Part shown: positions 58,840 through 64,000 of the stretch, in pieces
How the letters are laid out: the number at the start of each line of letters is the position of its first letter
Position numbering within the stretch: position 1 is the first letter of the stretch
Source of the DNA: Spirochaetia bacterium
Lineage (GTDB): Bacteria > Spirochaetota > Spirochaetia > SZUA-6 > Bin103
DNA: 64,000 nucleotides
NCBI GenBank assembly: GCA_965203055.1
Contig: OZ241863.1
Span: 512,001 to 576,000 of the forward strand
Direction of reading: 5' to 3'
Notes under the pieces: generated by a model
What the model was told of the DNA's origin: nothing
Databases searched by the model: none
The model's input: the letters and a program-made list of their open reading frames with translations, nothing else
Program-made: the position numbers and the translations under genes

Positions 58840-59657
58840 ACGAGATTCAGCGGTACGAATTCGACCGGCAGGGGTTTCTGGTCATCCGGAACCTGCTGGC
58901 GCCGGCGCAGGCGGCAGCTCTCGCGGCGGCGGTCGACGCGCTGGAGGAGCATGCGGTGGCGCGGCTCGACGCCCCGCCGCGCAAGCGCAGCCCGTGGGGC
59001 CGGGAGTACCATCGCGATCTCGACCTGGGGTATCACGTCCAGGGCTCCCGCGAGGAGGGGGACACGGTGATCGTCGAGGACTTCTGGAACGCCGACCCCG
59101 CCTTCGACCTGCTCATCGGACATCAGCCGACCATGGCCTGCGTGCGCGCGGTGATTCAGGGACGCCCCACGATCAACAACTCGGAGCTCCGCATCCGCTA
59201 CCGCGGCAACCAGAGCACCAACCACGGCGGCACGCGCGCGGCGAACGGCAAGTACCGCTACCACGTCAACCGGCACGGCATCGACTGCATGATGGTGCGC
59301 ATGGTCTATTTCATCCATGACGTCAGCAACGAACAGGGGGCGTTCTGCGTCGTTCCGGGGACTCACAAGAGCAACTTCGACTGCCCCTACGACAATGACC
59401 CCGACCTGGAGCCCGGGGTAGTCGGCCTCGAGGTCAAGGCCGGAGACGCGGTCTTCTTCACCGAGGCGCTGCGCCACGGCGGGCTGACCAACCGCTCCGC
59501 GCAGGTACGCAAGACGCTGCACGTCGGGTACGGCCCGCACTTCATGCAGTCGCAGAACATCGCGACCATGGATGAGGCGCCCTATCTCACCGCGGCCACG
59601 CGGGCGCGGCTGACGGCGGAGCAGCTCGACCTGTTCCGGGCCTACCCCGCGGGCTGA
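58836..59657 (+). CDS. Phytanoyl-CoA dioxygenase (PhyH)-like protein
   Basis: YEFDRQGFLVIRN, VVPGTHK, KAGDAVFFTEALRHG; GTG overlapping the upstream stop. Confidence 0.85.
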   Translation: MNEIQRYEFDRQGFLVIRNLLAPAQAAALAAAVDALEEHAVARLDAPPRKRSPWGREYHRDLDLGYHVQGSREEGDTVIVEDFWNADPAFDLLIGHQPTMACVRAVIQGRPTINNSELRIRYRGNQSTNHGGTRAANGKYRYHVNRHGIDCMMVRMVYFIHDVSNEQGAFCVVPGTHKSNFDCPYDNDPDLEPGVVGLEVKAGDAVFFTEALRHGGLTNRSAQVRKTLHVGYGPHFMQSQNIATMDEAPYLTAATRARLTAEQLDLFRAYPAG

Positions 59658-59751
59658 GCCGGCGCCGGACGGCGCGGGCGGGTTGCGCGGCCTGCGGTTG
59701 CGCGGCCACCGCCGCGGCGGCCAGCCGGGGGGACGCCCGGCGGCGCGCCGG

Positions 59752-60855
59752 TCAGCGCGCCAACCAGGCCGTGAAGCGTTCCTGCATTTCGTCGCCGTGG
59801 TCGCTCCACCACTCCCAGTCGCTGTGCAGCGCGCGGCGCATGTTGGCGGGCGCGGTCGGCATGTGCGGCGCCATCTCCACGCCGGTTTCCAGGTGAGTGG
59901 AGATCAGCGCCGTGCCGGACCGGCGCACCGGACTGTAGGAGATGTAGCGGCCCACCGCGGCCATCGATTCGGGGCGCGCGGCGAAGGCGATGAAGCGGCG
60001 CGCCAGGTCCAGGTTGGGGGTGCCGGCGACGATCACCAGTTGGGTGTTGTCGAACACCTGCCCGTCCCACACGATCTCGAACGGCTGATCCTCGAGCACC
60101 TGGGCGTTGAAGATGCGCCCGTTGTAGGCGGTGCTCATCACCACTTCGCCATCGGCCAGCATCTGAGGCGGCTGGGCGCCCGCTTGCCACCACACGATCT
60201 GATCCTTGATCGTGTCCAGCTTGCGGAACGCGCGGTCCACGCCGGCCGGCGTGCTGAGCGTCGCGTACACCTGATCCAGCGGCACGCCGTCGGCCAGCAG
60301 GGCGAACTCCAGGTTGTCCTCCGGCGTGCGCCGCATCCCGCGGCGGCCCGGGAACCGCTCCAGGTCGAAGAAGTCATCGATCGTCGCCGGTAACCGGTCG
60401 GGGAAGCGCTGCGGGTCGTAGGCGTACACGGTGGCGAAGAAGATCGTGCCCATGCCGCAGTCGGTCAGGGTGTCGGGAAAGAAGTCGTCCACCGCCGAGG
60501 TACCGTCCGCTCCCGGCGGCAGGTCCTCGACCGCGATGAATTCCAGCAGCCCCTCGTCGCAGCCGCGCACCGCGTCCGCCAGGTTCAGGTCGACGACGTC
60601 CCAGTGCACGTTGCCGGTCTCCACCTGGGCGCGGATCTGGGCCAGGCCGCCGTTGTAGTCCTCCAACCGCACCTCGATCCCGGTCTCGGCGGTGAACGGC
60701 TCATGATACGCCCTCTGGCTGGCGCGGGCGTAGGAGCCGCCGAACGAAACTACCGTCAGCGGCCCGTCGGCCGCCGCCGGCAGGCTTCCGCACAACGCGG
60801 CCAGCAGCGCCGCCGCGGCAATGCCGCGCCAAGCGCGCGGCCGGGTAATTCCCAT
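59752..60855 (-). CDS. Polyamine-type ABC substrate-binding protein (PotD-like)
   Basis: VSFGGSY, WDVVD, DFFDLERFPGRR, EFALLADGV. Confidence 0.88.
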   Translation of the reverse strand: MGITRPRAWRGIAAAALLAALCGSLPAAADGPLTVVSFGGSYARASQRAYHEPFTAETGIEVRLEDYNGGLAQIRAQVETGNVHWDVVDLNLADAVRGCDEGLLEFIAVEDLPPGADGTSAVDDFFPDTLTDCGMGTIFFATVYAYDPQRFPDRLPATIDDFFDLERFPGRRGMRRTPEDNLEFALLADGVPLDQVYATLSTPAGVDRAFRKLDTIKDQIVWWQAGAQPPQMLADGEVVMSTAYNGRIFNAQVLEDQPFEIVWDGQVFDNTQLVIVAGTPNLDLARRFIAFAARPESMAAVGRYISYSPVRRSGTALISTHLETGVEMAPHMPTAPANMRRALHSDWEWWSDHGDEMQERFTAWLAR

Positions 60856-60920
60856 GGGCCCCGATCATAGGGGCAGGCCGGCCCGCCGATCAAGGCCGAT
60901 TGAAAAAGGCCGGGTTGGGG

Positions 60921-60947
60921 TTGACATTGTTATCTGGACGGTAACTC
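60921..60947 (+). promoter_or_regulatory. Putative TA promoter/operator
   Basis: Perfect TTGACA at 60921 followed by an imperfect palindrome GTTATC-N5-GGTAAC; -10 element weak. Confidence 0.4.
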
Positions 60948-60953
60948 TTGCGC

Positions 60954-61223
60954 ATGGGATATGCGATCGAATACTCAGCGACGGCGATGAACCGGCTTCG
61001 CAGGCTGGACGCCAAGACTATCGGCCGCATCATGGCGAAGGTCACCATCGTAGGCGACGACCCCAGAGCACAGAATCCGAACGTCAAGCCCCTTACCGGC
61101 GTGGACGGCTATCGGCTGCGCGTCGGCGGCTGGCGGGTGATATTCGATCTGGATCACCGGGCGCGGCGGCTCATCGTCCGCGAGATTCGCGAACGTGGCG
61201 GCGCATACAGGAGGCAACGATGA
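60954..61223 (+). CDS. Type II TA toxin, RelE/ParE family
   Basis: YAIEYS..A...LRRL, VKPLTG, YRLRVGGWRVIF, RGGAY. Confidence 0.88.
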   Translation: MGYAIEYSATAMNRLRRLDAKTIGRIMAKVTIVGDDPRAQNPNVKPLTGVDGYRLRVGGWRVIFDLDHRARRLIVREIRERGGAYRRQR

Positions 61224-61603
61224 AGCTGGTGCAATTCGAAATTCAGGGCCGGCCGTGGGCTCTGCTGCCAATAGAGGACTACGACGAGCTTCGCGACCAG
61301 ATCGAGGATGCGGCGGACGCGGAAGCGTTGCGCAAAGCTCAAGCCCGCGACGAAGAAACGTTCCCTGCGGCGTTCGTCGAGCGCCTGCTGCTTTCCGGCG
61401 AAAACCGGGTCCGCGTCTGGCGCGAGTATCGAGGGATGAGCGCCGCGCAGCTTGCCCGCCGCGCCAATATCCCCAACGCCCAGCTCTCGGCACTCGAGAA
61501 CGGTAGTTCCGAAGGATCGGTGCAGACCCTCCGCCGCGTTGCCGACGCGCTAGGTACGACGATTGACAGCCTGGTCGAAGGGACTTCCGAGTCGTCTGGC
61601 TGA
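61220..61603 (+). CDS. XRE-family HTH antitoxin (HigA-like)
   Basis: ATGA-coupled; VWREYRGMSAAQLA...LSALENG...LRRVADALG. Confidence 0.88.
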   Translation: MKLVQFEIQGRPWALLPIEDYDELRDQIEDAADAEALRKAQARDEETFPAAFVERLLLSGENRVRVWREYRGMSAAQLARRANIPNAQLSALENGSSEGSVQTLRRVADALGTTIDSLVEGTSESSG

Positions 61604-61636
61604 CCGGCGTCGGCCGACCGTTTGCCGCGCGTCGGG

Positions 61637-62545
61637 TCAGCCCTTGCCCTTCCAGGGGATCAGCCAGGATTCGAGGGTGCGCATCAGCATCTCGATGGCG
61701 AAGCCGATGGCGCCGATGAGGATGATGCCGATCACCACCACTTCGGTCTGCAGGAAGTTCTTCGCGATCATCATCATGGAGCCGACGCCCTGGTCGGCGG
61801 CCACCAGCTCCGCGGCGACCAGCGTCCCCCAGCACACTCCCATCGAGGTGCGCAGGCCGGTGAACAGTTCCGGCAGCGCGTTGGGCAGGATGACGTAGCG
61901 CAGCACCTGCGCCTTGGACGCGCCCAGGGAGTACGCGGCGTGCACCTTGGAGATGCGCACCGAGCCGACGCCGGCGCGCGCCGCGATCAGCATGATGAAC
62001 AGCGCCGCCAGGAACAGCAGGAAGGTCTTGGCCGCCTCGTCGATCCCCAGCCAGAGGATCACCAGCGGGATCAGCGCCAGCGGCGGGATCGGGCGCACGA
62101 ACTCCACGATCGGGTCCAGGATGCCGCGCGCCGCCGAGTTCAGGCCCATGGCGAAGCCGAGCGGAATGCCCAGCAGCGCGCCGAACAGCACGCCCAGCAG
62201 CACCCGCCTGACCGAGGTCCAGACGTGCGTCCACAGCGACACGTTGCGGTAGCCGTCCGTCACCAGGCTGACGAACCGGTCGATCACGCCCGGCTTGGCG
62301 CGGTCGGGGTCCTCCCACGGGAACAGGCGGCCGTGCAGCGCCGGCCAGAACAGCGGGTCGAGGTACGCCGCGGCCGTGGCCGCCGCCCAGGCCGCCAGCA
62401 GCGCGAGCACGGTCACGATCGACCACAGCCGCCCGGAGTTCACCGCCGAGGCGTCGCCGAACCGCACGGTCTTCTGCCGGGTCAGCGGGTTGTCGGCGAC
62501 TCCCAGCCACGCGGCCAGCCGCCGAGGCTGCCGGCGGTTCTTCAT
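61637..62545 (-). CDS. tauC: Taurine/sulfonate ABC permease (TauC-like)
   Basis: RPIPPLALIPL, AAYSLGASK, LVAAELVAA. Confidence 0.75.
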   Translation of the reverse strand: MKNRRQPRRLAAWLGVADNPLTRQKTVRFGDASAVNSGRLWSIVTVLALLAAWAAATAAAYLDPLFWPALHGRLFPWEDPDRAKPGVIDRFVSLVTDGYRNVSLWTHVWTSVRRVLLGVLFGALLGIPLGFAMGLNSAARGILDPIVEFVRPIPPLALIPLVILWLGIDEAAKTFLLFLAALFIMLIAARAGVGSVRISKVHAAYSLGASKAQVLRYVILPNALPELFTGLRTSMGVCWGTLVAAELVAADQGVGSMMMIAKNFLQTEVVVIGIILIGAIGFAIEMLMRTLESWLIPWKGKG

Positions 62546-63369
62546 AGCTCCCCCTTCAGGCCGGCGTGCGCGCCGCCCATGATCTCCTCCTCCATCTCCC
62601 AGATCATGGACAGTATCTCCTCGCGCGCGGCGACGAAGTCCGGCTGCGCCTTGATCTCGCGCGCGTTGCCCGCAACCCCCTGCGCCGCGAACGGCAGGCG
62701 GTACTCCTGGTGGATGCGGCCCGGACGGGGCGCCATCACCACCACCCGTTCGCCCAGGAACAGGGCTTCCTCCACCGAGTGGGTGATCAGCATGATCGTC
62801 TTGCCGGTCTCCCGCCACAGGCGCAGCACCAGCCCCTGCATCTTCTCCCGCGTCAGCGCATCCAGCGCGCCGAGCGGTTCATCCATCAGGATCACGTCCG
62901 GGTCGTTCGCCAGGCAGCGCGCCAGCGCCACCCGCTGTTGCATGCCGCCGGAGAGCTGGTAGACCGGCTTGCCGGCGAACTCCCGCAGCGCCATCGAGTC
63001 GAGCAGGCGCCCGACCTGCGCCTCGGTTGCGGCGCGTCCCGCGCCGGCCATGCGCGGCCCGAAGCCGACGTTCTGCGCCACGCTCATCCACTCGAACAGC
63101 GCGCCCTGCTGGAATACCATGCCGCGTTCCCGGTGCGGCCCGGTGATCGGGTTGCCGTTGAGCAGCGCCTGCCCCGCGGTGGGCGCCAGGAACCCGGCGA
63201 TGATGTTCAGCAGGGTAGTCTTGCCGCACCCGGAGGGGCCGAGCACCGCCAGCAGCTCGCTCGGCGCCAGGTGCAGGGAGATGTCCCGGAGCGCCTCCAC
63301 CCGGCCGCCGCCCGGCAGGGTGAAGACCATCGACACGCGGTCGAGGAGGAGGCCGCGCGCGCGGTTCAC
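62542..63369 (-). CDS. tauB: Taurine/sulfonate ABC ATP-binding protein (TauB-like)
   Basis: GPSGCGKTT, LSGGMQQR, MDEPLGALD, THSVEEA; GTG start. Confidence 0.75.
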   Translation of the reverse strand: MNRARGLLLDRVSMVFTLPGGGRVEALRDISLHLAPSELLAVLGPSGCGKTTLLNIIAGFLAPTAGQALLNGNPITGPHRERGMVFQQGALFEWMSVAQNVGFGPRMAGAGRAATEAQVGRLLDSMALREFAGKPVYQLSGGMQQRVALARCLANDPDVILMDEPLGALDALTREKMQGLVLRLWRETGKTIMLITHSVEEALFLGERVVVMAPRPGRIHQEYRLPFAAQGVAGNAREIKAQPDFVAAREEILSMIWEMEEEIMGGAHAGLKGEL

Positions 63370-64000
63370 AGGAAGCTGGGATCTACCGCGAAGTCGTAGC
63401 TCTTGAGCGCCCGCTCCAGTTGCCCCTGCTCGGCGAAGAACTCCGCCACGTCCCGGATGTAGGCCTGCACCGCGCCGCCCATCCAGGCCGCGGACTTCTG
63501 CTCCTCCGCGGTGGGGAAGGTGGCGTCGGCCAGGAACGCCTGCGCCGCGGCCAGCTCCATGCCGGCGGCGCGGGCGATGATCCGTTCGAGCTCCTCCCGA
63601 TCCTGCGCCGCGGCGTAGGCGGCGTTCGCCTGCTCGGTGACCTCCATGAACGCGCGCACCAGGTCCGGATGCCGTTCGGCGAAGCGCTCGGTCACCGACA
63701 CCACGTCGAACACGTAGACGCCGATCGCCTCCTGCTCGGCGGCGGTCATCAGCACCGAGCCGTATTCCTTCATCCGCTGCACCGGCCCGCCGAAGCCGCA
63801 CGCCATGGTGACGTCGCCGCGCGCCAGGGCGACGGCGCCGTCGGCGCTGTTCATCTGCACCAGGTTGACCCGGGCGGCGTCGACGCCGAGGTGATCGAGC
63901 ATGCGCAGCAGCTTGTAGTGGGTGACGTTGCCGATCGGCGTGGCGACCCGCTTGCCTTCCAGCTCGCGGGCGTTGGCCTGGGTGATGCCGGCGCCGTCGC
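63366..64000 (-). CDS. tauA: Taurine/sulfonate ABC substrate-binding protein (TauA-like), partial
   Basis: LEGKRVATPIGNVTHYKLL, FAERHPDLV; runs off window. Confidence 0.7.
   Translation of the reverse strand, partial: DGAGITQANARELEGKRVATPIGNVTHYKLLRMLDHLGVDAARVNLVQMNSADGAVALARGDVTMACGFGGPVQRMKEYGSVLMTAAEQEAIGVYVFDVVSVTERFAERHPDLVRAFMEVTEQANAAYAAAQDREELERIIARAAGMELAAAQAFLADATFPTAEEQKSAAWMGGAVQAYIRDVAEFFAEQGQLERALKSYDFAVDPSFL

Overview
High-GC (roughly 70% by eye) bacterial chromosomal window. The 'FAAG-E' style solute-binding-protein signal peptides and the taurine/sulfatase/PhyH gene content suggest a host-associated or marine lineage, possibly Spirochaetaceae-like; this is inference only. 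Positions ~290-20350 hold a BREX type 3 defence locus in canonical order (brxF, brxC/DUF6079, pglXI, brxHII, pglZ, brxA) with two interruptions. The first, after brxC, carries a Uma2 nuclease, a decayed HTH regulator and an Rpn nuclease with an intragenic antitoxin start. The second is a lower-GC cassette (~9020-14800) that truncates pglXI and carries a GHKL-ATPase remnant, an N-terminally truncated C5 methyltransferase and the most interesting feature: an 884-aa UG/Abi-type reverse transcriptase (catalytic motif FADE) translationally coupled to a separate 580-aa nitrilase-domain protein. This looks like a split, DRT1-like RT-nitrilase module nested inside BREX. The rest of the window has a duplicated ABC binding protein with its peptide-type ABC operon, a PLD-SNF2 helicase / frameshifted Eco57I-like methyltransferase / DprA-like cluster, ilvD-leuD-leuC interrupted by an AAA ATPase + DUF3226 pair, a metal ABC transporter with a Fur/Zur-like box, an orphan methyltransferase beside a 531-bp TIR-bounded element with scrambled HNH fragments, a RelE/HigA-like toxin-antitoxin pair and a taurine-type ABC transporter. 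No rRNA, tRNA, CRISPR array or integrase was seen. All family assignments come from motif recognition, not database searches.
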